A DNA stretch of 64,000 nt from a virus (IMGVR_UViG_2974632701_000001:10676-74675); one strand, 5' to 3'. Positions 1 through 8,657 are shown, counted from the first letter of the stretch. Numbers and translations: made by a program. The notes: generated from the sequence alone by a model not told the origin.

Positions 1-252
1 CTGCAAGAATCTCTTGGACTCGATTACGCAATCAATGAAGGTATCCTCGACGTAGGGAAACTTCAGATTGGTATGACCTATGAAGTCCGTGGCATCACAG
101 TTCACTTCACTCGCGGTGACGGATGGATGACTGATGACGACGCTGATTACTACGTCGAATCTGTCACCAAGATCCTCTATCCCACCCGCTTCATCAAAGC
201 ATGGTGGTGGCATCTTATCGGCCATCGCATCAGAAACTGGAGAAAATCATGA
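1..252 (+). CDS. 5'-truncated hypothetical protein
   Basis: Frame 1 is open from base 1 to TGA at 250-252 (LQESLGLDYAINEG...IRNWRKS*); the stop overlaps the next ATG (ATGA), the coupling pattern used throughout this region. Confidence 0.6.
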   Translation: MQESLGLDYAINEGILDVGKLQIGMTYEVRGITVHFTRGDGWMTDDDADYYVESVTKILYPTRFIKAWWWHLIGHRIRNWRKS

Positions 253-728
253 CCAAAACCAATACAAAACTGACTGAAGTCATCACGACTGAAGAATCCC
301 CCAGCTACAAGCGTCAGCGTATGCTGGAAGTCCGTCAGATCGTCGCAAACGCTGTGAAGAACAACCAGCGTGTCGATCAACTGGGCTTCACTGGGACTGA
401 CATCGCTCGTTCTCAGATTGCTCTGCAAGATCTGCTGGACAAGGAACGTCAGAAGCATTCTCGTGCTCGTCACCACATCCTGAATCTGAAGGATGACACC
501 ATGTTCCTGTCTGATGTCATGCAAATGACCCAGACTGGCATGATGATGATCATCTCTGATCTGTCAGCCAAAGTGCTGCATCAGGACAAGATGCTGAACG
601 CTGCTCACGATGAATGCTTTCGTCTGGCTTCCGGCTGGCACGATGCCATGAAGAGTCAATATGAGATGCAGACTGAAAATGCTGCTCTGAAGACCAGTCT
701 CAAAGTTGCTCTGCGAGATGCAGTATGA
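249..728 (+). CDS. hypothetical helical/coiled-coil protein
   Basis: ORF 201..728; start moved to ATG 249 (GGAG upstream, ATGA overlap). No recognisable motif. Confidence 0.7.
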   Translation: MTKTNTKLTEVITTEESPSYKRQRMLEVRQIVANAVKNNQRVDQLGFTGTDIARSQIALQDLLDKERQKHSRARHHILNLKDDTMFLSDVMQMTQTGMMMIISDLSAKVLHQDKMLNAAHDECFRLASGWHDAMKSQYEMQTENAALKTSLKVALRDAV

Positions 729-1012
729 CCCAGCGTCTTTACTGTGTCTGGAGGGTAGATGGAGAGTTCTCCATTACAGACATTGATGTGTCATTTCGTG
801 ACAAAGATTTCAACACTATCGTCAAAGAAGCTATCCGTAAGGATGCTGACGATATGGGGATGTCTGCTTTCTTGAACAAAGAAGACAAAAAGCAACACAT
901 CAATGACCTCATCGCCATTGCAACTGATTCAGACCATCCGGCTTTCATTGGTTATGAAATGCCTATGGTCATTGTTGCAGATCCTGAAACCATTGAATTC
1001 ATTGGAGCTTAA
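725..1012 (+). CDS. hypothetical protein
   Basis: 95-aa ORF with ATGA overlap to the upstream gene. Confidence 0.7.
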   Translation: MTQRLYCVWRVDGEFSITDIDVSFRDKDFNTIVKEAIRKDADDMGMSAFLNKEDKKQHINDLIAIATDSDHPAFIGYEMPMVIVADPETIEFIGA

Positions 1013-1013
1013 T

Positions 1014-1442
1014 ATGCGTCCCAGATTTGATGAATGGGCTTTGGGGCTGGCTGAAGCCGTCTCCAAACGCTCTCGTGATCCCTCGACCAAGGTCGGAGCC
1101 GTGATCATTCGTCCTGACAAGACGATTGCTTCTATGGGCTACAACGGCTTTCCTCGAACCATGGAAGACAAAGAAGAGTGGTGGTCTGACAGGCCACAGA
1201 AATACTCTCGTGTCATCCATGGTGAGATGAATGCTCTTCTCAATGCCAAAGAACCCGTGCTAGGAATGACGCTCTACTGCACTCATCCGTGCTGTGAGCA
1301 CTGTGCAAAGCACATCATTGCTGCGGGAATCACTCGTGTTGTCTTTGGCACCAGCGAAGAAATCCGTCAGCGTTTCGACATCGCAAAATCTCTCGAACTC
1401 TTCGAAGATTGCGGTGTTGAAGTCATCGAACTGGAGATCTGA
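1014..1442 (+). CDS. dCMP deaminase
   Basis: Motifs KVGAVI, GYNG, HGE (HxE) and PCEHC (PCxxC) of zinc-dependent cytidine/dCMP deaminases; ATG 1014 follows GGAG. Confidence 0.95.
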   Translation: MRPRFDEWALGLAEAVSKRSRDPSTKVGAVIIRPDKTIASMGYNGFPRTMEDKEEWWSDRPQKYSRVIHGEMNALLNAKEPVLGMTLYCTHPCCEHCAKHIIAAGITRVVFGTSEEIRQRFDIAKSLELFEDCGVEVIELEI

Positions 1443-1871
1443 ATGACAGAAGTTGGACAAACAGCTTCGGGAGCAAAACGTGAATCCATTGGAACCAAGA
1501 TTGATACTGATCTGGTTCCATTTGAACTAATCGCAGCGGCTGCTGTCGGTCTGGGCTTGGGTGAACACAAGTATGCTGCTCGCAACTTTGAGAAAGGACT
1601 GAGCTATCGGTCCTTGATCAACTCACTGGAACGTCACTGTAAAGCATTGAAAGACGGGGAAGAATTCGATGCAGATACGGGCATTCCTCATTACATGCTG
1701 ATTGCATCCTCCACTGCTATGTTGGTTCACAACATCATGCAGGGTGTGATCATTGATGATCGTGCTCCTCCCAAGAACTACAAGCTCGACATCGCAGATG
1801 TTGCCAAGCTCGCTCAAACTGAGTTGAACAAGGCAATTGAATTCTGGGAGACCAAGAATGCAAACAAGTAA
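1443..1871 (+). CDS. dATP/dGTP diphosphohydrolase-domain (DUF5664-like) protein
   Basis: Pattern DLVPFE...G..KYAARNFEKG...SLERH...GE.FD.DTG.PH matches this phage family by eye. Confidence 0.75.
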   Translation: MTEVGQTASGAKRESIGTKIDTDLVPFELIAAAAVGLGLGEHKYAARNFEKGLSYRSLINSLERHCKALKDGEEFDADTGIPHYMLIASSTAMLVHNIMQGVIIDDRAPPKNYKLDIADVAKLAQTELNKAIEFWETKNANK

Positions 1872-2751
1872 TCTGGTCTACAATCATCCCGGTCAGCCAC
1901 AAATGCAGGTAGAAGTCATCTTGGCCTCTGCCAGCAACACTGGCTCTCCTCCTATCTACACCATTCGACTGAGATATCCTCGTCCCATTCATGGTGAGAT
2001 CATGACTCATCGAGTCTTTGGTCGAAATGCTCGATCTTCTCGTGCAGTTCCTGTCCTAACCATGCTCAACGAAGTGCAAAACACTCCGTATGTTCCTTGG
2101 CATTGGCTCAAGAACAAGCGTGGGATGCAAGGAACTGAACGTCTGACTCCTGAAGAAGAACAGAAAGCCATTCAAATCTGGCTCACTGCTCGTGATCGTG
2201 CTGTCGAATCTGTCATTGAACTGTTTGATCCTAATGGACTGAACATTCATAAACAGAATCCAAATCGTCTGCTGGAACCTTTCTCGTGGATCGACACTCT
2301 GATCACTGCTACCCAATGGCAGAACTTCCTGTGGCTTCGTCAACATCATGCTGCTGAACCACATCTTCAAGATCTTGCCAATCTGGTTGCTGATGCAATG
2401 CAATACTGCACTGTTCAGCATCTGGAATTCGGTGAATGGCATCTGCCATACATCAGCGAAGAAGAGAAACGACTCTACCATACAGACGTGCTCAAGAAGC
2501 TGTCTGCTGCTCGGTGTGCTCGAATCTCGTACAAACCTTTCAATGGTGAGGCTTCAATTGAAGCTGAACTTGAACGGTACAACCTGCTCGTCACTGATGA
2601 ACGGGTTCATGCTTCGCCTCTGGAACATCAGGCTTCACCTGATAACTACAATGCAGCCAATGGAAAATGGGATCATTCCCAATTCCATGGGAATCTTACA
2701 GGATGGATCCAAGCTCGTAAGCTGGTTCCAAATGAAGTTTACCACGGCTGA
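1858..2751 (+). CDS. thyX: FAD-dependent thymidylate synthase
   Basis: THRVFGRNARSSR (ThyX RHRxxSxxxxSxR-like motif), SAARCARISY and HASPLEH motifs typical of phage ThyX. Confidence 0.88.
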   Translation: MQTSNLVYNHPGQPQMQVEVILASASNTGSPPIYTIRLRYPRPIHGEIMTHRVFGRNARSSRAVPVLTMLNEVQNTPYVPWHWLKNKRGMQGTERLTPEEEQKAIQIWLTARDRAVESVIELFDPNGLNIHKQNPNRLLEPFSWIDTLITATQWQNFLWLRQHHAAEPHLQDLANLVADAMQYCTVQHLEFGEWHLPYISEEEKRLYHTDVLKKLSAARCARISYKPFNGEASIEAELERYNLLVTDERVHASPLEHQASPDNYNAANGKWDHSQFHGNLTGWIQARKLVPNEVYHG

Positions 2752-2763
2752 GGCTCATGCTAA

Positions 2764-2794
2764 GGGAGTCCTGACCCTCAAGGAAAGGACTCCC
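2764..2794 (+). promoter_or_regulatory. hairpin occluding the Shine-Dalgarno of the 2796 gene
   Basis: GGGAGTCCT (2764-2772) pairs perfectly with AGGACTCCC (2786-2794), which holds the SD-like AGGA and ends 1 nt before ATG 2796. Confidence 0.5.
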
Positions 2795-2795
2795 C

Positions 2796-3947
2796 ATGAG
2801 TAAGTATCATGATTACTGGGTCCAAAATGGGAAACCATCTTATACAGATGTAGCTCTCCATTTTGGTGTCAACGAATCCACAGCCCGAAAATCCATTACT
2901 ACCAAAGAAAAAAGGCTCAATTCCCGTGATCTTGCTGAACAAGCAGTGATTGATGGGATGGATGCTCTAGGCTTTGACGGTGTACCTGACGGGGGTTGGG
3001 TCAAATCCCAAACTCCAGACAAACACGGTCGGACCTATTCTTTCCGGTTCTCCAAAGAGAAAGAAGATGAAGAAAACAAGATTCAGCGTATTGCTGCTAT
3101 GTTCTCTTCCACCTCTCCAGTCCTTTTCACACCACCTCCTCTACTCCTCACCAAACGTGTGAAGAAAGCCTTCATTTCCATCAACGATCTGCATTCTGGT
3201 GCTCTCGCTTGGGGGAAAGAAACAGGCTACGGAGACTGGGATCTTGAGATCGCAATGTCCCGTCTTCATCAGTGGCTCTGTCGTCTCTTCGATCATGTCG
3301 AAAAAGAAGGCGTTCAAGAGATCATCCTCTACTACAATGGTGATGTTCTCCACGCCAACGGCCAAGTACCAATGACTGCCACTCACGGCTCAGATCACAT
3401 CCTTGATGTCGATTCTCGTCACTTCAAAGTAGTTGATGTCACTGGTGAACAAATCATTCATACCACTGATATCGCTGCACAAATCGCTGATGTACGTCTC
3501 GTCATCAAGCGAGGGAACCATGACGGAGACAGTTATCTGGCTTTACTTCAGGGTGCCAAGTGGCGATACTTCAACCAACCAAACGTCACTGTTGAGATGG
3601 ATCCCAATTCCTATTGGGCGCACATCTTCGGCAAAGTGGCTCTTTTTGGTCATCATGGCGACAAGATCAAACCTGATCGTCTCATCATGCAGTTCCTCCA
3701 ACGCTATCGCAAAGATATTGCTGACGTGGAACACATCACTGTCTGGACAGGGGACAAGCATCACCGTAAGGTCGAGCAGTTCCCCGGTGTGATGTGGGAA
3801 CAAGCCTCCAACTGGTCAGAACCTGATCTCTATGGTTCAGCTTTTGGAGAAACTGCGATGGCTCAAGCAGTCATCTATGATGAACTCGAAGGTGAGGTAT
3901 CACGGTTTACAGTGAAAGCCTACCAAGTATTTGGAGACGACCAATGA
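2796..3947 (+). CDS. calcineurin-like metallophosphoesterase with N-terminal HTH-like region
   Basis: Ordered motifs DLH, NGD, GNHD, HHGD, GDKHH; N-terminal YTDVALHFGVNESTARK is HTH-like. Confidence 0.8.
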   Translation: MSKYHDYWVQNGKPSYTDVALHFGVNESTARKSITTKEKRLNSRDLAEQAVIDGMDALGFDGVPDGGWVKSQTPDKHGRTYSFRFSKEKEDEENKIQRIAAMFSSTSPVLFTPPPLLLTKRVKKAFISINDLHSGALAWGKETGYGDWDLEIAMSRLHQWLCRLFDHVEKEGVQEIILYYNGDVLHANGQVPMTATHGSDHILDVDSRHFKVVDVTGEQIIHTTDIAAQIADVRLVIKRGNHDGDSYLALLQGAKWRYFNQPNVTVEMDPNSYWAHIFGKVALFGHHGDKIKPDRLIMQFLQRYRKDIADVEHITVWTGDKHHRKVEQFPGVMWEQASNWSEPDLYGSAFGETAMAQAVIYDELEGEVSRFTVKAYQVFGDDQ

Positions 3948-4165
3948 TGGACAAAGCCAAAATCGAAAGCCTGTTTCGATATGCTCATTTTCCTGAGCAT
4001 CTTCAGGCTGTGAGCAAACCATTCCATGATCTTGCTCTCACTCTCATTGCTGAACTGCCTCAGTCAGCAGAACTGACACTGGCTATTCGTAGCCTGTGGG
4101 AAGCGAAGAATCTCGCAGTCTTCGCAAAAGTGGAAGCCAAAGATAAGGAGGTGGCAAATGTTTGA
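3944..4165 (+). CDS. small two-helix protein, Acb2/Tad1-hairpin-like
   Basis: 73-aa ORF, ATGA-coupled. The FRY.H.P..LQ.VSKPF..LA..L...LP.S.E.T.A.R.L.EAK pattern is a widespread phage helical hairpin; family link is by eye. Confidence 0.65.
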   Translation: MMDKAKIESLFRYAHFPEHLQAVSKPFHDLALTLIAELPQSAELTLAIRSLWEAKNLAVFAKVEAKDKEVANV

Positions 4166-4271
4166 GTTCGTAATTGGAATGGGGGTGGGCCTTGTGCTGG
4201 GCTGGAATCTCATTCCTCAGCCCGCATGGGTACGCAACCTCTATTCCCGCTGGTTCGTAGAAGGGAGGTGA
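4158..4271 (+). CDS. 37-aa membrane peptide
   Basis: Not in ORF track. GGAGG SD, ATG 4158, MFEFVIGMGVGLVLGWNLIPQPAWVRNLYSRWFVEGR*, hydrophobic N-terminal half. Confidence 0.6.
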   Translation: MFEFVIGMGVGLVLGWNLIPQPAWVRNLYSRWFVEGR

Positions 4272-4316
4272 TCCCGTATCTCCCTGTGATCCTACGGATC
4301 CAGCGGTAACAATGAA

Positions 4317-4348
4317 GCCCCCCTGCCATTAGGTAGGGGGGTTTTTTT
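4317..4348 (+). terminator. intrinsic terminator
   Basis: CCCCCCTGCC-ATTA-GGTAGGGGGG followed by T7. Confidence 0.85.
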
Positions 4349-4425
4349 ATTGACTTTCAGTTTAATATGGTCATGCAAACCTGCACATGGTAAAGCAAGC
4401 TAAACTAATCGCATGAGGGTATAAC

Positions 4426-4758
4426 ATGGCAGACGAAGTTCGATATGAATTCACCCGAGGTGATGATTTCAAAATCCCTATGACTCTCACAGACCCTGCC
4501 AACAACGGGGTTCCTGTTGATATCACCGGATGGACGATTGCTTCTCAGGTTCGATACGCTCGCAAACTGATCTCTGAACTCGACGTAACCATTACCAATG
4601 GTTCTCTGGGTCAGTTCACCATCAGTCTTCCTCATGCTCAAACGGCTCTCTGGCCTGTTCGTGTTCTCAAATGCGACATCCAGTTTGATCGTCCAGTCGA
4701 AGGTCGTGTTTCTTCACGTACCTTCTTGATTGACTGCATGGAGGATCAAACTCAATGA
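4426..4758 (+). CDS. BppU N-terminal-like virion/tail protein
   Basis: RGDDF.I.MTLTD....PVDITGWTI.SQVR pattern seen in baseplate/tail accessory beta-sandwich proteins. Confidence 0.55.
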   Translation: MADEVRYEFTRGDDFKIPMTLTDPANNGVPVDITGWTIASQVRYARKLISELDVTITNGSLGQFTISLPHAQTALWPVRVLKCDIQFDRPVEGRVSSRTFLIDCMEDQTQ

Positions 4759-5255
4759 GCGATCTAAACCTCAATGCAGTCTTTGGTCCTCAGTATGAGA
4801 TTGTCATCACCAACGACACTGTTGGTGTATCAGACAATTTTGACCTCACTCTTGAGGTATCTGAACCACTGAGAATCGCTGTTGGGACTGGGTACAACAT
4901 CAACCAGACTTCCACAGGTACTCTGGATGTCCGAATCATCGCACTAGAGCCTGTAGGGGCTTATCGTGCTGTTGGTTACGATGGGATGTATACCCAACCT
5001 GACGTAGACAGTCTGGCAGCCTATGCCGGAGTCACACGGATGGCCACAGTTGCTGGCGATCCTATCAATGTGGTCCGGTCGGGCCTCATGACTGAAGGTG
5101 CGTGGAACTGGACACCAAATGCTCCAATCTTTATTGCAGCAAATGGTGTTCTCACGCAAACTCAACCTACTGCTGGGAACCCCGTCCGAAGGATCGGTTG
5201 GGCAATTTCTGCGACAGAACTCAACCTCGATCCTTATCCCATCATAGGAGTATAA
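4755..5255 (+). CDS. virion accessory protein with DUF2190/cement-like C-terminal domain
   Basis: 166-aa ORF, ATGA-coupled; C-terminal G.T......G..I.V...G.M...W.WTP..PIFI..NG.LTQT.P....RRIG.AIS.TEL. Confidence 0.55.
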   Translation: MSDLNLNAVFGPQYEIVITNDTVGVSDNFDLTLEVSEPLRIAVGTGYNINQTSTGTLDVRIIALEPVGAYRAVGYDGMYTQPDVDSLAAYAGVTRMATVAGDPINVVRSGLMTEGAWNWTPNAPIFIAANGVLTQTQPTAGNPVRRIGWAISATELNLDPYPIIGV

Positions 5256-5258
5256 CAG

Positions 5259-5776
5259 ATGCCTGATAAGTACCTCCAACACGATGCCGCTGGCGGTTTC
5301 CGCGAAGTGGAAGCTGTAGCGACTGGTGGAGCGGGACAGGCCAACAAGATCCCTGCCTTGGACTTGTCCGGTCGTCTCGATTCTACCATGATGCCTACGG
5401 GTATTGGTGCTGAAACCAGTATCGTACCTTCATTCAGTGCTCTTGCAGCGGGTGATCTCGTCCTCTCAAGGCTAACGTCTACAATGACGTTGGTGTGATG
5501 CGTGCTCGTAAAGCAGACGCCTCAAACGCTACTGCCCCTGCCAATGGCTTTGTTCTGGCTGCTGTTGCAGACGGTGCCAACGCCACTGTCTACTGGGGTG
5601 GTATTAATGGTCAGCGTACAGGTATGACCCCCGGTCAGCATTACCTGTCAACGACTGCTGGGCTTTCCAACCACGTTGCTCCGTCTACGGCAGGTAACGT
5701 CGTGCAGAAAGTTGGTATCGCAGTGAGTTCCACTACGCTGATCTTCAACCCGCAAGATCCAATCTTGCTGGCCTAA
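5259..5776 (+). pseudogene. virion accessory protein (DUF2190-like) split by an 11-nt insertion
   Basis: ORFs 5259..5498 and 5495..5776 join into one 168-aa frame (...AGDLVNVYNDVGVMRARKAD...) if CTCTCAAGGCT (5463-5473) is removed. Confidence 0.75.
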
Positions 5777-5794
5777 GCGAAAAAGGGTGTCCCC

Positions 5795-6193
5795 ATGGCT
5801 GAACAACGTGCTCTTGTCCTCATTGATGGACAGATCCAAGAACTTCCGATTGGGGACACTCTCACTGGTGCTTCTGGATCTACTATGGTTCAGACAGAAA
5901 TCACTGATGTTGCCTATTCCACAGTGAATGGCGACTTCTCAGGTAACGTCATTCGTCGCATGAACAATGGATCTGCTCAAACCATTACCATTGAACCAAG
6001 CATGACAGGAGGTCAGCCTGTAACCTTCATTCGTGTTGGTACAGGGGCTGTCAGCTTCGCAGCAGGGGCTGGAGTGACCATTCACAGTGCTGGGGGTAAT
6101 CTGTCCATTGCAGACAGATATGGCTCTGCTACGCTCGTTCCAGACGCTACCACAGCAGATACCTATTACCTCATCGGGAACCTGACGACATGA
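5795..6193 (+). CDS. tail-fibre-associated hypothetical protein
   Basis: 132-aa beta-rich ORF; GAVSFAAGAGVTI.S...YGSATLV...DTYYLIGNL C-terminus is common in phage tail accessory proteins. Confidence 0.6.
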   Translation: MAEQRALVLIDGQIQELPIGDTLTGASGSTMVQTEITDVAYSTVNGDFSGNVIRRMNNGSAQTITIEPSMTGGQPVTFIRVGTGAVSFAAGAGVTIHSAGGNLSIADRYGSATLVPDATTADTYYLIGNLTT

Positions 6194-6816
6194 TGAATGC
6201 TCTTCTTGGTTCAGTCTCATATGCAGCAATGAGTTCAGGCGGTCCTCCTCCGGCTCCTGTTCTCAATCTCATTTCTGCTCGGTATTGGAGAATTAACAAT
6301 CTGGTCTACAATACCTCTGGTACTCAAATCAATGGACTAACCTTTGGTACAGGTGAGTCATTGGCTGCTACTCTTAATCCAGTATCAATCACCAATGATA
6401 CTGGAGATGTAACTGCTACTTTCAATAAAACTGTTCAAACAAATCCAAGACCAGCATTGTCTTTGGCAAATATTGATGCAGTTACCTTTTTTGATTTTGA
6501 CTTCGGAGAACCAGTAACTCCAACTGTGTTTTCAATTTGGGGCCATGAATGGGATACTGATAACATCGTATCCTTCAATATGTCCTATTCTTCTGATGGA
6601 ACAAATTGGACACTCTTGCTTACCTCATTCGCAACCGATTTCTTCACAAAATGGAGTGGTGTTAGTACAGACAGCGTAGAAATCAAACTACGAATCATCC
6701 CACCAACAAATGGTACATTTGTATCCAATGCTCATCAAAATGTCATTCTTGGTCGTAGATCAAATGCTGTGTTTAACCTGACAGCCAAAATCTATGTCAT
6801 CTCTCTTCCAGAATAA
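6190..6816 (+). CDS. putative carbohydrate-binding (discoidin F5/8-like) virion protein
   Basis: ARYWRI and SFNMSYSSDGTNWT motifs typical of F5/8-type domains. Confidence 0.55.
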   Translation: MMNALLGSVSYAAMSSGGPPPAPVLNLISARYWRINNLVYNTSGTQINGLTFGTGESLAATLNPVSITNDTGDVTATFNKTVQTNPRPALSLANIDAVTFFDFDFGEPVTPTVFSIWGHEWDTDNIVSFNMSYSSDGTNWTLLLTSFATDFFTKWSGVSTDSVEIKLRIIPPTNGTFVSNAHQNVILGRRSNAVFNLTAKIYVISLPE

Positions 6817-6827
6817 AGGAAATCATC

Positions 6828-7823
6828 ATGACCATCTATCTGGCAACCAATGACATCAATGATTTTGGTGGAATCACAGATGGTGTAACAACCAATACTA
6901 ATTTCTTTGATTCTACTTATGTCGATTCAGCAATCATCATGAAAACCCAAGATTCAGGTCAATTTCCTACTCATGTAGGACATTCTTTCAGTGTTTCAGG
7001 GGATAATCAAGCATGGGTTCATTTTGATTTGTACATGCCTACAACAAACTCAAGTATCGTTGATGGAAGTTTTATCACATGGATTGACAACGATGGTAAT
7101 CGGGCTGTCAGTTCTTCTTTCGTCAATGGTAACTTGATTTGTACAATCTATAATGGGGCAAATGCAAACATAGCCAATGCAATAGGTTTTTTCTTGCCTG
7201 CTGGATTGGCTACTTATGACATGGTTTATGAAGATGATGGAACCAACATCAATTTCACTATCTATGTGAATGGTGTCATATTCTTGGCACTTACTAGAGC
7301 AGCTTCAGCTACAAAACGGATTCCTACTTCTTTTACGTGGGATAACATTGATGCTGGTCTTAGTGGTAATTTCAGCTATGTCAGTCAACTGATCATGGCT
7401 AATGAATCTACCATTGGAATGAAACTTCAATCCATCAACCCAAGTGCAGTTGGTAATTATACTAATCTCTCAGCAACTGTTACTGAAGTAACAGATGGAA
7501 ACCAAATCACTGGTTGGATCGGGGAAACGGCTGCTGATAAACAGAGTTTTGTGACCTCTGGGTATTCACTCCCAGCGGGCCGAATTGTTCATTCTGTTTT
7601 TCCGGGATTTGATCTACGTTTTGGTCCTACCGGACCACAGCAAATTCGACCATTCGTTCGAATTGGTGGCGTAGATTACAACGCTCCTGCGGACATGCAA
7701 CCTCTACCGAGAACCAAACGAGGTCTATTGGGGTATGCGTGGACTACAAATCCAGCAACTGGATTGCCTTGGACTGGTGCTGAAATCGCAGCCCTAGAAG
7801 CAGGCTACGAATTAAAAGCATGA
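6828..7823 (+). CDS. putative receptor-binding/tail protein, paralog of 61172..62146
   Basis: 331 aa; C-terminal IRPFVRIGGVDY...WTTNPATGLPW matches LRHLIRMSGVDY...WTQNPATSAPW of the 61172 gene. Confidence 0.6.
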   Translation: MTIYLATNDINDFGGITDGVTTNTNFFDSTYVDSAIIMKTQDSGQFPTHVGHSFSVSGDNQAWVHFDLYMPTTNSSIVDGSFITWIDNDGNRAVSSSFVNGNLICTIYNGANANIANAIGFFLPAGLATYDMVYEDDGTNINFTIYVNGVIFLALTRAASATKRIPTSFTWDNIDAGLSGNFSYVSQLIMANESTIGMKLQSINPSAVGNYTNLSATVTEVTDGNQITGWIGETAADKQSFVTSGYSLPAGRIVHSVFPGFDLRFGPTGPQQIRPFVRIGGVDYNAPADMQPLPRTKRGLLGYAWTTNPATGLPWTGAEIAALEAGYELKA

Positions 7824-7830
7824 GGTACAT

Positions 7831-8061
7831 ATGCTCCCAGTCACTCCAATAAAACCTGTCACTCGGTTGGACCGCATCCTTCCGAGTGACCTTTACTATG
7901 CTGTCGATACTCAACAGCACCCCTTGAGATATCTTCATCTCTGTGGCACGAAGCTCACTCACGACAAGAACTATGCTTGGTATGGAACCAAGAGACAGTT
8001 CAGAAACCTCTGTCGTGAGTATGAATGGGATGCACTCTTACTCATCAATCGTCCAAAGTAA
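7831..8061 (+). CDS. hypothetical protein
   Basis: 76-aa ORF filling the gap between co-oriented genes, GAGG upstream. Confidence 0.6.
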   Translation: MLPVTPIKPVTRLDRILPSDLYYAVDTQQHPLRYLHLCGTKLTHDKNYAWYGTKRQFRNLCREYEWDALLLINRPK

Positions 8062-8114
8062 GAATGCCCTGACTTTCTTTCGTTGGGTGTGTCTCCAATC
8101 AGAAAGGAACAGAT

Positions 8115-8657
8115 ATGTTTACCCAACAACTCCCCGCTGAGGTCTTCCGTCTTCAACGGGAATTCATCAAAGCAATGGGTGGTAAGCTCGACTTCGCTTG
8201 GGCTGCTGAAACTCTCGTTGCTGAAGAAGTCAAAGAACTTCGTGAAGCCTTCCAGAAGCCCGAACTCTCAGACGAGAACATCGGTGAGATCTTCAAAGAA
8301 CTCTCTGATGTGATCTATGTCGTGGCTCACTTCTACAACGTGATGCCCATCTACGCTCCAGATGTCATCTCTGATGAGCGGAACCAGAAGATCCAGTCCA
8401 TCCTTGATGAAGCTGCTGTTCTGGTCTCCGAGGTATGTCAGAAGCTCCGTATCCCTCTCCCGCTGCTGCTGGCAGCCTATGAGCGTGTCCATGCCTCGAA
8501 CATGAGCAAGCTGGGTGAAGACGGCAAGCCTGTCTACCGTGAAGATGGTAAGGTCACAAAGGGACCGAACTACGCCAAACCGGACATGACTCCGGTGGTG
8601 GATGCTTGGAAGCAATTCCAACGCAATGAAGCAGAAGTGAACCAAGGAGCAGAATAA
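8115..8657 (+). CDS. MazG-like/PRA-PH-family NTP pyrophosphohydrolase
   Basis: EEVKEL...KELSDVIYV acidic metal motif and VHASNMSKLGEDGKPVYREDGKV.KG.NY.KPD signature. Confidence 0.85.
   Translation: MFTQQLPAEVFRLQREFIKAMGGKLDFAWAAETLVAEEVKELREAFQKPELSDENIGEIFKELSDVIYVVAHFYNVMPIYAPDVISDERNQKIQSILDEAAVLVSEVCQKLRIPLPLLLAAYERVHASNMSKLGEDGKPVYREDGKVTKGPNYAKPDMTPVVDAWKQFQRNEAEVNQGAE

Noticed and set aside
1443-1871. 2-aminoadenine (Z) or deazaguanine DNA modification system suggested by the DUF5664-like gene
   Set aside because: No PurZ, DatZ, Que or DpdA-like gene is visible in the window; kept only as a low-interest note.
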